From an uncultured Candidatus Saccharibacteria bacterium (GTDB taxonomy: Bacteria > Patescibacteriota > Minisyncoccia > Phycocordibacterales > UBA5272): a DNA stretch of 64,000 nucleotides. Made by a program: the position numbers and the translations under genes. The DNA lies in assembly GCA_964420875.1 (NCBI GenBank), contig CAYQUK010000001.1:74051-138050 (forward strand), in the 5' to 3' direction. How positions within the stretch are numbered: position 1 is the first letter of the stretch; every line of letters begins with the position of its first letter. The notes below the pieces were generated by a model that was not told the DNA's origin, ran no database searches, and was given only the letters and a program-made list of their open reading frames with translations. Positions 19,423-28,228 of the stretch are shown here, one piece after another.

Positions 19423-19764
19423 TTAGGTTCGAGATTTCATGGATTCTTTTCTTTTGTTGAACTCTGCCATCTGACCGGTTAGCCTTACATACAACCAATG
19501 CATAATGCCAGCCATTAAGAGTAAGGCGAGAATGTACCTTACGGCACCTTTTGATTTGATGCCGTTTTTGTCCAAGACGTTGAAGCCTTTGTGCATTAGT
19601 AATGCGTTGACAGCCATTAACCCTACGGTCAGGACCATGATCATTAACAGTAATGGGTTATGTGCCGCAGTGATGATTATGTCGTACAGTCCAACAAAGA
19701 GAGCTTTCAGAAAAGCCCATAATGCCTTAAGGGGTGCAGTTAGTAGTCCCATGACAATCTCCAA
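19423..19764 (-). CDS. Hypothetical small membrane protein (113 aa, 3 TM)
   Basis: Hydrophobic ORF directly upstream of, and co-directional with, the 515-aa protein. Confidence 0.5.
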   Translation of the reverse strand: MEIVMGLLTAPLKALWAFLKALFVGLYDIIITAAHNPLLLMIMVLTVGLMAVNALLMHKGFNVLDKNGIKSKGAVRYILALLLMAGIMHWLYVRLTGQMAEFNKRKESMKSRT

Positions 19765-19858
19765 AGTTAGTAAATGTGCGTTTCGTTGTTATCCTAACAC
19801 AAAATAAAAATTTTTGAATAGGTTTGTATTACATGTTATAATCGATACGTTAAATATT

Positions 19859-19930
19859 GATGCGGTGGCGAAGTGGTAACGCTTCGGTCTGCAAAACCGA
19901 CACGCGCGGGTTCGATTCCCGCCCGCATCT
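19859..19930 (+). tRNA. tRNA-Cys (anticodon GCA)
   Basis: Manual fold: acceptor GATGCGG/CCGCATC, anticodon stem TCGGT/ACCGA with loop CTGCAAA, T-arm GCGGG-TTCGATT-CCCGC, discriminator T; TTGAAT-17-TATAAT promoter upstream. Confidence 0.82.
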
Positions 19931-19960
19931 CAGAAAATAATATGCCAAAGCATATTTTTT

Positions 19961-20036
19961 GGCGGGGTCGAATACGGGGTCGCGAAACAAGGAGTGGAAC
20001 GACTATGTTTTGTGACCGATTCCCGCCCGCATCTCC
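19961..20036 (+). repeat. tRNA-Cys 3'-end duplicate unit (GGCGGGG...GAATACGGGGTCG...GTGACCGATTCCCGCCCGCATCTC)
   Basis: 20 nt identical to the 3' end of tRNA-Cys (cgattcccgcccgcatctc) recur 104 nt downstream. The unit sits between the tRNA terminator hairpin (19934-19960) and a second terminator; it shares a GAATACGGGGTCG core with the unit after tRNA-Leu(TAA). Confidence 0.55.
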
Positions 20037-20040
20037 AAAT

Positions 20041-20072
20041 AAAAAAAACGGCAACCGAAGTTGCCGTTTTTG
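20041..20072. terminator. Bidirectional terminator (serves OMP-like gene on minus strand and the tRNA-Cys unit on plus)
   Basis: aacggcaac-cgaa-gttgccgtt flanked by A8 and T5. Confidence 0.55.
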
Positions 20073-20086
20073 GGTGATGCAGACCG

Positions 20087-20755
20087 TCAGAAACGCTGTG
20101 ATAGTCCACCAAGAACGAAGGGGACCTTGAATGTACCTACCGCCCCCAATTCCAACTGTCCGTTGGTGTTTGGCCCTAGGCGCCATTTGATTCCAAGTCC
20201 TGCACGAGGAAGCCATGCTTTGCGACGATAAGCGATTACCCCACCATCGTACTCATCTGGGAGTGGCAACGCTGCCGTTATTACGCCTGACGCATAGACA
20301 CCTCCCAGACGTTCAAACACCTCAGTACTTTCTCCGATGCGTTGATACGCGAGCAATGACAAAGAGGTTCCCTCCACGTCAGCAACTCGGTTTACGTCAC
20401 CAGAAAATGTTTGGCCTGCGATCTTGAATGTTGCATTGGTTTTCACTGAAGCAGAAATGTTTCTGAGTTGTCCCAGCTCTACCGCAGCCCACCCTTTGCG
20501 GCAGCCAGCAAACAATTCGTATGGCTGACCCCATTTCTTTTCTGTATGACGGAGCGCCAATTCACTGTGATTGACGATCTCGAAGGCTCTTCCCTCTAAC
20601 TTGTCGATGTATTGGTCGCTAGCGTAAGAGACGCCTGCTGAGACACCTGCGTAGCAGTAGTCTTGCGCTACCGCTGGGAATGAACACCCAATGAACAGAG
20701 CTATCGCTGCAAACGCAAAGCCTTGAGCGAACCACTTAAACTTTTGAATGAACAT
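20087..20755 (-). CDS. Outer-membrane beta-barrel-like protein (OmpW/OMP_b-brl-like), GC-rich, probable horizontal acquisition
   Basis: Signal peptide with a Cys after FIG (possible lipobox); alternating amphipathic beta-strand pattern; C-terminal ...GGLSQRF with terminal Phe typical of Gram-negative OMPs; good SD (GGGAGGA) and -10 box; ~52% GC against ~38% flanks. Confidence 0.55.
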   Translation of the reverse strand: MFIQKFKWFAQGFAFAAIALFIGCSFPAVAQDYCYAGVSAGVSYASDQYIDKLEGRAFEIVNHSELALRHTEKKWGQPYELFAGCRKGWAAVELGQLRNISASVKTNATFKIAGQTFSGDVNRVADVEGTSLSLLAYQRIGESTEVFERLGGVYASGVITAALPLPDEYDGGVIAYRRKAWLPRAGLGIKWRLGPNTNGQLELGAVGTFKVPFVLGGLSQRF

Positions 20756-20830
20756 GATTTCCTCCCAAAATTGAAACAGGATTGTATCCTAGCATAGGCG
20801 TTAAAATTACGCTATAATCATCACCATATC

Positions 20831-20912
20831 GCTCGGGTGGTGGAATGGTATACACAGGAGACTTAAAATCTCCCGGCCTTAGGCCTTGCGGGTTCGAGTC
20901 CCGCCCCGAGCA
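20831..20912 (+). tRNA. tRNA-Leu (anticodon TAA), type II
   Basis: Acceptor GCTCGGG/CCCGAGC, anticodon stem GGAGA/TCTCC with loop CTTAAAA, long variable arm, T-arm GCGGG-TTCGAGT-CCCGC, discriminator A; TATAAT box 14 nt upstream. Confidence 0.82.
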
Positions 20913-20965
20913 CAAAAACGTAGTGCTTTTGTGTGAGGGAAAAATGAAACCTAGTTTTCATTTTT

Positions 20966-21024
20966 GGGACGAGAATACGGGGTCGAGGAGCGAAGCGAGG
21001 TGACCGAGTCCCGCCCCGAGCACA
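20966..21024 (+). repeat. tRNA-Leu(TAA) 3'-end duplicate unit (GGGACGAGAATACGGGGTCGAGG...GTGACCGAGTCCCGCCCCGAGCACA)
   Basis: 20 nt identical to the tRNA 3' end (cgagtcccgccccgagcaca) recur 110 nt downstream, after a terminator hairpin (20941-20965); same architecture and shared GAATACGGGGTCG/GTGACCGA motifs as the tRNA-Cys unit. Confidence 0.55.
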
Positions 21025-21071
21025 TTTGACTTGTGTCTATATAAAGAATAGGATTTGAATAAACAGATCTT

Positions 21072-21521
21072 TTGGAGAGAAACGTGGATGATTTGGAAGC
21101 GTATATCGTTTGGGTTTTGTTTATCGTTGCCACTCATTATATGGTTGGTAAATGTGTTAACGAGTTCAAAGAAAAACAAGATAAGAACAAAAATGCTCAG
21201 CTTAAAGAAAATTGCAAAATAGCAATACTTGAGATTCTGGGTCAGATGAATGGAATGCATGTGTGTACGCATGGTTTACTGACCATGCTACAAGAGATGC
21301 CTAGTATGCAGAATACAGGTCTAACGGCTATCCATTTTGAAGATGCTGTGCATGAGCTAAACTTGGGACGTCTCATCGATTGTAAGAAATTTGATGATCC
21401 AGATAAGAAAAACTGCATGTCGAGCACTGACGGGTTGTGTAGATGTCTTATTAGGGTAACTACAAGCAAAGATATGTGGATATCTTTAGCCTCTCAAGGG
21501 ATGTGGAGGGGTGAGCCGTGA
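21072..21521 (+). CDS. Hypothetical Cys-containing protein (149 aa; possible TTG start)
   Basis: ORF between the tRNA-Leu unit and tRNA-Lys; 9 Cys; no recognisable domain. Confidence 0.35.
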   Translation: MERNVDDLEAYIVWVLFIVATHYMVGKCVNEFKEKQDKNKNAQLKENCKIAILEILGQMNGMHVCTHGLLTMLQEMPSMQNTGLTAIHFEDAVHELNLGRLIDCKKFDDPDKKNCMSSTDGLCRCLIRVTTSKDMWISLASQGMWRGEP

Positions 21522-21736
21522 TCAAAGATTTTTTAGAAAATGCGGCGGTTCTTTTGTGGTCGGTCTTCTGGTTTATGTGGGGGAGCTATCTTGGTCCTCC
21601 ACTAATGATTGGAGTTCTTATTGCTGTTGTGGCTGTGGCTGATCATCACAATTTCGCGCTGGGTTCTCAAGTGTGTTACGCGCTATTGGAGTATCTGTCA
21701 CCACTCATTGACTCCCTCTTCAACTGGCTCGCATGA
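21518..21736 (+). CDS. Hypothetical small membrane protein (72 aa)
   Basis: Start overlaps the upstream stop (GTGA); two predicted TM helices. Confidence 0.3.
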   Translation: MIKDFLENAAVLLWSVFWFMWGSYLGPPLMIGVLIAVVAVADHHNFALGSQVCYALLEYLSPLIDSLFNWLA

Positions 21737-21754
21737 TGTGGGCCTTTTATTTTG

Positions 21755-21827
21755 TGCCCCCAGTAGGATTCGAACCTACGACCGTCTCCTTAAGAGGGAG
21801 CTGCTCTACCAACTGAGCTATAAGGGC
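21755..21827 (-). tRNA. tRNA-Lys (anticodon CTT)
   Basis: Reverse complement folds as acceptor GCCCTTA/TGGGGGC (two G-U pairs), D-arm GCTC-AGTTGGTA-GAGC, anticodon loop CTCTTAA, T-arm GTAGG-TTCGAAT-CCTAC. Confidence 0.78.
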
Positions 21828-21924
21828 AATTGCAAAATATATTAACACAAAAAGTATCTTTTGGGAATAATAATGCGATTTTCAATTTTGAAATTCCGTG
21901 TTAGAATGTTTTTGTTAGACACCT

Positions 21925-22006
21925 GCCCAGGTGGCGAAATTGGTAGACGCACTTGCCTTAGGAGCAAGCGAGGCAACTCATGAAGGTTCAAGTCCTTTCC
22001 TGGGCA
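21925..22006 (+). tRNA. tRNA-Leu (anticodon TAG), type II
   Basis: Acceptor GCCCAGG/CCTGGGC, anticodon stem CTTGC/GCAAG with loop CTTAGGA, long variable arm, T-arm AAGG-TTCAAGT-CCTT; followed by terminator hairpin aaatgagcacaat-atat-attgtgctcattt. Confidence 0.82.
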
Positions 22007-22123
22007 CACACAAATAAATGAGCACAATATATATTGTGCTCATTTGCTTATTAACCCAAAACAGCGTAGACTTGACATATTAGTAAGCGTGATGCTTTAA
22101 GAACTAATTAAAACAAACAATAT

Positions 22124-22741
22124 ATGGGTAATTTTCAAAGAGGAGGTGATAGGGGTGGATTTAGAGGTGGTGACCGTGGAGGTAAGTCAAGTTTTGGAGC
22201 AAAGAAACCTTGGGATCGCGGTGCATCTCGTGGGGGTGACAGAGGTGAGGTAAGTATGCACAAGGCTACTTGTAGTGATTGTGGAAAAACTTGTGAGGTG
22301 CCATTTAAACCAACAGGAGAGAAACCAGTATTCTGTAGTGACTGTTTTAGTGGTAAGAGAGAAGGTGGTAGAGATGAGGGTCGTCCAAGCAGAGACTCTA
22401 GAGATTTTAGATCTCGTCCAGCACCAAGATCTGACTATAAACCAGCTTCAACATATACCGCTCCTGCAAATGATGATTCAAAAAGATTACTGAGTGAGAT
22501 AGCTGCAAAGCTTGATCGTCTATTCATAGCGGTTGAGAGAATGACAGAAATGAAATCAAGAGAATCTGCAGCAGAGGCTCCAGTAGCAAAATCTGCACCA
22601 ATAATAGTTCCGAAGGCAATCGCTAAAAAGTCAGCAAGTAAAGAGGTGGTAAAGAAAGCTGTTAAGGCTGAGCCAGCTGCTAAAAAAGTTGCTACAAAAA
22701 AAGTAGTAGCCAAAAAAGTAGCCACAAAGAAAACTAAATAG
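22124..22741 (+). CDS. Putative nucleic-acid-binding protein: RGG/RGD-repeat N-terminus, C4 zinc ribbon, histone-H1-like AKK-repeat C-terminus
   Basis: GGDRGGFRGGDRGG repeats; CSDCGKTCEVPFKPTGEKPVFCSDCF zinc ribbon; C-terminal KKVATKKVVAKKVATKK. Confidence 0.65.
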   Translation: MGNFQRGGDRGGFRGGDRGGKSSFGAKKPWDRGASRGGDRGEVSMHKATCSDCGKTCEVPFKPTGEKPVFCSDCFSGKREGGRDEGRPSRDSRDFRSRPAPRSDYKPASTYTAPANDDSKRLLSEIAAKLDRLFIAVERMTEMKSRESAAEAPVAKSAPIIVPKAIAKKSASKEVVKKAVKAEPAAKKVATKKVVAKKVATKKTK

Positions 22742-22804
22742 TTTTAGTATAAAAATACATAAGAAATTCCCCGTCTTTGATGGGGTATTTCTTATGATAT
22801 ACTG

Positions 22805-23461
22805 ATGAACATGAAATCAAATATCTTTTCAACAAAAAATATTATTATTGTTTTAGTGGTAGCCCTCGTAGCATTTTTTGCTTATAACAAATACGCACAA
22901 GTTAAAAAATTAGCTGCACCAGTTGATACTGTTGTTGTAGCTGATGATCATTTTATAGGTAAAAGTGACGCAAAGGTGACTGTTATCGAGTATGCTGATT
23001 TCCAATGTCCTGCTTGTAAGGCATTTGATCCGATTGTGACAGCTGTGGCGGCAAAGTATAATGACAGAGTAAAATTTGTTTACAGATATTTCCCACTAGT
23101 TCAGATACATCAGAATGCCATGTTATCAGCTATTGCAGCTGAGGCGGCAGGTAAACAAAATAAGTTTTGGGAGTTGAAAGCTGTCATGTTTGAAAAGCAA
23201 GAAGAGTGGGGCAGCGCATTAGATGCTGAAGCAAAGATACTTGGCTATGCTGCGGGACTAGGCATTGATACTGCAAAAATGAAAACAGATATGGCTGATG
23301 CTGCAGTAGTAGATAGAGTGACTCGCGATCTAAAAGAGGCTAATAGTATTGGCTTAACAGGTACGCCATCATTTATTATTAACGGACAAAGAGTGGATAC
23401 TGGCAAGATAGCAGGAGTAGAGGTATTCTCAGCTTATCTAGATGCTGAGCTAGCAAAATAA
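22805..23461 (+). CDS. DsbA-family thiol:disulfide oxidoreductase, membrane-anchored
   Basis: N-terminal TM, thioredoxin fold with CPAC active site (FQCPACKAFDP). Confidence 0.8.
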   Translation: MNMKSNIFSTKNIIIVLVVALVAFFAYNKYAQVKKLAAPVDTVVVADDHFIGKSDAKVTVIEYADFQCPACKAFDPIVTAVAAKYNDRVKFVYRYFPLVQIHQNAMLSAIAAEAAGKQNKFWELKAVMFEKQEEWGSALDAEAKILGYAAGLGIDTAKMKTDMADAAVVDRVTRDLKEANSIGLTGTPSFIINGQRVDTGKIAGVEVFSAYLDAELAK

Positions 23462-23462
23462 T

Positions 23463-23744
23463 ATGAGCATAAGACAGTTTTTCTTAAAACAAGCCGCAAA
23501 AGTAGGTACTCGCAATCTTCCAAAGGATCAACAAGAGATGATCATGAAGTTGATGGAAAAGGACCCAGCGCTTTTTGAAAATATCGCAAAAGAAATAAAG
23601 GCTATGACAGATGCTGGCAAGCCAGAGATGTATGCATCATTTGAAGTGATGCAAAAATATCAAAAGCAGTTGCAAGCAATAATGGCTGACGAGGATCCAA
23701 ACAAGCTAAAGCAAATGGCCGCCGCAGCGATGGAGGGGAAATAG
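23463..23744 (+). CDS. Hypothetical small helical protein (93 aa)
   Basis: Start 2 nt after the dsbA stop; followed by a strong terminator (gccgcgc-tacg-gcgcggc + T5). Confidence 0.45.
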   Translation: MSIRQFFLKQAAKVGTRNLPKDQQEMIMKLMEKDPALFENIAKEIKAMTDAGKPEMYASFEVMQKYQKQLQAIMADEDPNKLKQMAAAAMEGK

Positions 23745-23832
23745 ATAAAACAAAAAGCCGCGCTACGCGCGGCTTTTTGTTTGACATTACATGTACTATG
23801 TTTTAGTATTGGGCCCAGTCTTAGGACTTTGA

Positions 23833-24915
<1,083 letters not shown>

Positions 24916-25009
24916 GTTCGACACAGACTCTCATGAGTCGGCCGGGGCAACATGCCCCGGCTTTTTTATTTTCCTAAATTTTCACTTTTTATGTTAAGAT
25001 GTTCTAATT

Positions 25010-26107
25010 ATGTCACTATCTATTGGAATCGTGGGGTTGCCGAATGTTGGGAAGAGTACATTGTTTAACGCGCTGACTAAAAACAGTGTGCCTGCTGAGA
25101 ATTATCCATTTTGTACCATCGACCCATCTGTGGGTATTGTCGAGGTGCCAGATCAGAGATTGTGGGACCTGTCTAAGCTTTCTCAAACTAAAAAGACTGT
25201 ACCGGCAGTGGTAGAGTTCGTAGATATCGCGGGACTCGTCAAGGGGGCGAGTGAGGGTGAGGGCCTTGGTAATAAATTTTTATCACACATACGTGAGACT
25301 GACGCGATATTGGAGATAGTTAGAATATTTGAAGATGACAAAGTAATGCATGTGAATGACAAAGTGGACCCACTATTTGATATTGAGGTTATTAATTTTG
25401 AATTGGTACAGGCTGATATGGAGACTTGTAAAAATAGAAAAGCAAATATACAAAAAGACGTAAAAAAGGGTGACAAGGAGTATATCGCTCTAGATCTGTT
25501 GATAGACAGATTGATCAAAACTATGGAGGACGGTAAATTGGTGTCTCAAGATGTTTACAATGACGAGGACAGTAAACGCATTAAGCAACTCAATCTCATC
25601 ACAGCTAAAAAGTTTTTATACGGTCTCAACAAAAAGTCAGGAGGTAAAAATTTGGATGAGATCAATGATCCTCGCTATGTGGCACTAATAGACTTCTTAA
25701 AACAAAACAAATTTGAATACTGTATCATCGATGCAAAGATTGAGGATGAATTAAAAGACTTTGAAGGTGAAGAAAAAGACATGATGCGTGGTGAGCTGGG
25801 CGGCAAGGATGACGGTATCAAGACTCTTATTACTAGCGCTTATCGTACTCTTGGACTCGAGACCTACTTTACAACAGGAGTCGAGGAGACACGTGGCTGG
25901 ACTATTAAAATTGGCAGCACGGCACCAGTAGCAGGTCAGGCAATACACACAGACTTTAAAGACAAGTTCATCCGTGCTGAGGTGGTTCACTGTGATGACT
26001 TACTCCGCGAAGGCTCATTTGCAAACTGTAAAGCAAAAGGCCTCCTCCGCACTGAAGGTAAAGAATATATTGTGAAGGACGGGGACGTCATAGAGTTTAA
26101 GGTCTAA
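25010..26107 (+). CDS. ychF: Ribosome-binding ATPase YchF (Obg-like ATPase)
   Basis: IGIVGLPNVGKSTLFNALT, TGS-like C-terminus; 365 aa. Confidence 0.93.
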   Translation: MSLSIGIVGLPNVGKSTLFNALTKNSVPAENYPFCTIDPSVGIVEVPDQRLWDLSKLSQTKKTVPAVVEFVDIAGLVKGASEGEGLGNKFLSHIRETDAILEIVRIFEDDKVMHVNDKVDPLFDIEVINFELVQADMETCKNRKANIQKDVKKGDKEYIALDLLIDRLIKTMEDGKLVSQDVYNDEDSKRIKQLNLITAKKFLYGLNKKSGGKNLDEINDPRYVALIDFLKQNKFEYCIIDAKIEDELKDFEGEEKDMMRGELGGKDDGIKTLITSAYRTLGLETYFTTGVEETRGWTIKIGSTAPVAGQAIHTDFKDKFIRAEVVHCDDLLREGSFANCKAKGLLRTEGKEYIVKDGDVIEFKV

Positions 26108-26622
26108 TTCTTTTTCTCCTCTTCGCTCAGGTCCTCGACATCGTCGGCTATTTCTTCTACGTCTTTTTCAATACCCTCCACATCCTCCTGTATCTCGTCA
26201 ATGTCTTTTTCAATATGCTCTACATCAGCCTGGATCTCGTCCACGTCTTCTGCGATCTCATCAACATCCTCAGCAATCTCCTCCACATGTTCTTCTATCT
26301 CCTCGATATCCTCCTGTATCTCCTCCACGTCTTTTTCAACTTGGGCCAACTGCATAGTGTTTTGATTGACCGACATCTGTATGAATATCGCTAGATATAT
26401 GGCCTCGAGTGACAGGACAGTAGTGAGGGCGAGTAGTACGCGGTCAAAGGATACACCAAATAATATAGAAAGGAATGCAGATATGAAAACAATAGTGTGT
26501 ATGATGAGCGACTCGATAGATCCTATCCAATGAGTAGCAGATAAGGCAGTCTTTTCAAGACTTTTTATCACTTTCGTTTTCTCTCGTTTTGATTTTGTTT
26601 TGATTTTTGTTTTCGCCAACAT
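26104..26622 (-). CDS. Membrane protein with C-terminal acidic tandem repeats (~10 x [VI][DE]EI[AQE][EK]D)
   Basis: Two TM helices then D/E-rich 7-8-aa repeats, visible as ~24-nt periodicity in the DNA at 26110-26350. Confidence 0.55.
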   Translation of the reverse strand: MLAKTKIKTKSKREKTKVIKSLEKTALSATHWIGSIESLIIHTIVFISAFLSILFGVSFDRVLLALTTVLSLEAIYLAIFIQMSVNQNTMQLAQVEKDVEEIQEDIEEIEEHVEEIAEDVDEIAEDVDEIQADVEHIEKDIDEIQEDVEGIEKDVEEIADDVEDLSEEEKKN

Positions 26623-26663
26623 AAACTCATTGTAACAGATATATTTATTGTTATACTCTATTT

Positions 26664-27086
26664 ATGTACATATATTACGCATTGGCTGGAGCAGTGGCTG
26701 CATCACTTGGAACTATTTTTGCAAAGTTTGGTCTCAAGGGTATCGATTCAAATCTATTAACCAGTGTGCGTGGTGTAGTGATGGCAATCATCGTTACCAT
26801 TGCAGCTCTGTCACTAGGTAAAGTAGATTCAGCATCATTGTCAGCGATAACTGGCAAGCAGTGGATGTATATAATTCTCTCAGGAGCAGGAGGAGCATTG
26901 TCATGGCTATTTTTCTATTATGCATTAGCTAATGGTCCGACAATGTCAGTGACAGTGATAGACAAGCTATCAATAGTATTCACAGCCATACTCGCGATAC
27001 TCGTTCTCGGTGAAGGGGTGACACTTCGCGCTGCTTTTGGACTAATCTTAGTTGTCCTCGGTACAATATTGGTCGCAATGAAGTAA
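26664..27086 (+). CDS. EamA-like (DMT superfamily) small 4-TM transporter
   Basis: 140 aa, four TM helices, EamA-like pattern; occupies the position where atpB would be expected. Confidence 0.55.
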   Translation: MYIYYALAGAVAASLGTIFAKFGLKGIDSNLLTSVRGVVMAIIVTIAALSLGKVDSASLSAITGKQWMYIILSGAGGALSWLFFYYALANGPTMSVTVIDKLSIVFTAILAILVLGEGVTLRAAFGLILVVLGTILVAMK

Positions 27087-27150
27087 TCTCGCAATATTTT
27101 TCTTATTAACTTTGAGAAATGACGTTTTTTATGCTATAATCTCATACCAT

Positions 27151-27369
27151 ATGACACCAGAAGCAGCAATTTATATAGCAAAAGGCATGGCAATACTAGG
27201 CATGCTAACAACAGCCCTTGGACAGGGTTATCTTATCGGTAAAGCTTTCGAAGCTATTGGACGCAATCCAGAGATCGAGAGTTCAATTTTCTCTAAAATG
27301 ATCGTGGGTGTGGCGATGACCGAGACTACGGCGATCTTTGCATTCGTTGCATTCTTCCTACTTGGTTAA
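27151..27369 (+). CDS. atpE: F0F1 ATP synthase subunit c
   Basis: Helical hairpin with GQGYLIGKAFEAIGRNPE loop and MTETTAIF second helix; start placed at internal ATG 27151. Confidence 0.85.
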   Translation: MTPEAAIYIAKGMAILGMLTTALGQGYLIGKAFEAIGRNPEIESSIFSKMIVGVAMTETTAIFAFVAFFLLG

Positions 27370-27376
27370 TATTTAA

Positions 27377-27877
27377 ATGGAATTCATCCATTCAATATTA
27401 GAGTCAATTGGTTTCAATTGGCATGTTGCCCTCGCAAACTTTATCAACTTTTTGATAATACTTTTTGTTTTGAACAAATTTGTATTTGGAAAGGTTGTAA
27501 ACATGGTAAAAGAGCGTGATGCTACTATTAAAAAGGGGTTAGACAATGCATCTCACGCAGAGGAGGCACTGCGCAATGCGAAACGTGACGCGGATGAGAA
27601 TATTCGTAATGCTAAAAATGAGGCAGAGCATATACTCCGTGAAGCGGTAGATCGTGGGGCAGAGACAGTTAATAAAATAGTTAGCGAGTCAGAGATGGCA
27701 GCTGACAAGTTGCAATCAGATCTAAAAAATAAAATAGCAAACGCAAAAGATGAGGTAACTCGTGAATTCGCAGGATATGCACCCACACTAGTAGCTGATC
27801 TTTTGAAAAAGACTCTTTCAAAGACTCTCACAAAAGAGGATCATGACAATATAGTAATGGAGCTCGCAAAGAAATAA
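27377..27877 (+). CDS. atpF: F0F1 ATP synthase subunit b
   Basis: N-terminal TM followed by long charged helix; operon position. Confidence 0.85.
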   Translation: MEFIHSILESIGFNWHVALANFINFLIILFVLNKFVFGKVVNMVKERDATIKKGLDNASHAEEALRNAKRDADENIRNAKNEAEHILREAVDRGAETVNKIVSESEMAADKLQSDLKNKIANAKDEVTREFAGYAPTLVADLLKKTLSKTLTKEDHDNIVMELAKK

Positions 27878-27878
27878 T

Positions 27879-28217
27879 ATGAAAGCAGTCGCTCTAGCAT
27901 CTGTATTTGAAAGGTATCCAAACTCTGTAAAAGAGATATTGGAAATAGCTAAAAAAAGACATTTAAATTTTCTTTTGCCAGACGTTTATAAAGTTTTAAA
28001 AAACAAATCAGAAAGAATACAAAATCTTGACGAGGTAGTCATAGAGTCACCATTTGAAATGTCACCTGACGCAAGAGAGAGCGTAGAAAAAAGAGTTGGA
28101 CTAAAAATAGCAAAGACGAGAATAAACAAAGAAATGATAGCCGGGTTCAAGGTTTATACTAAAGATAAAATATTGGACGCGTCACTCGATACATTATTGA
28201 AACAAATTATTAAATAA
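27879..28217 (+). CDS. atpH: F0F1 ATP synthase subunit delta (short, 112 aa)
   Basis: Position between b and alpha; C-terminal delta-like motif ([24 protein letters not shown]); the N-terminal domain appears missing. Confidence 0.55.
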   Translation: MKAVALASVFERYPNSVKEILEIAKKRHLNFLLPDVYKVLKNKSERIQNLDEVVIESPFEMSPDARESVEKRVGLKIAKTRINKEMIAGFKVYTKDKILDASLDTLLKQIIK

Positions 28218-28228
28218 ATCACAAAAAC

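Noticed and set aside
19836-20216. ORFs 19836-20216(-), 19873-20130(+), 19930-20112(-) spanning tRNA-Cys and its downstream unit
   Set aside because: They overlap the tRNA gene and terminators; they are artefacts of GC-rich RNA and repeat sequence.
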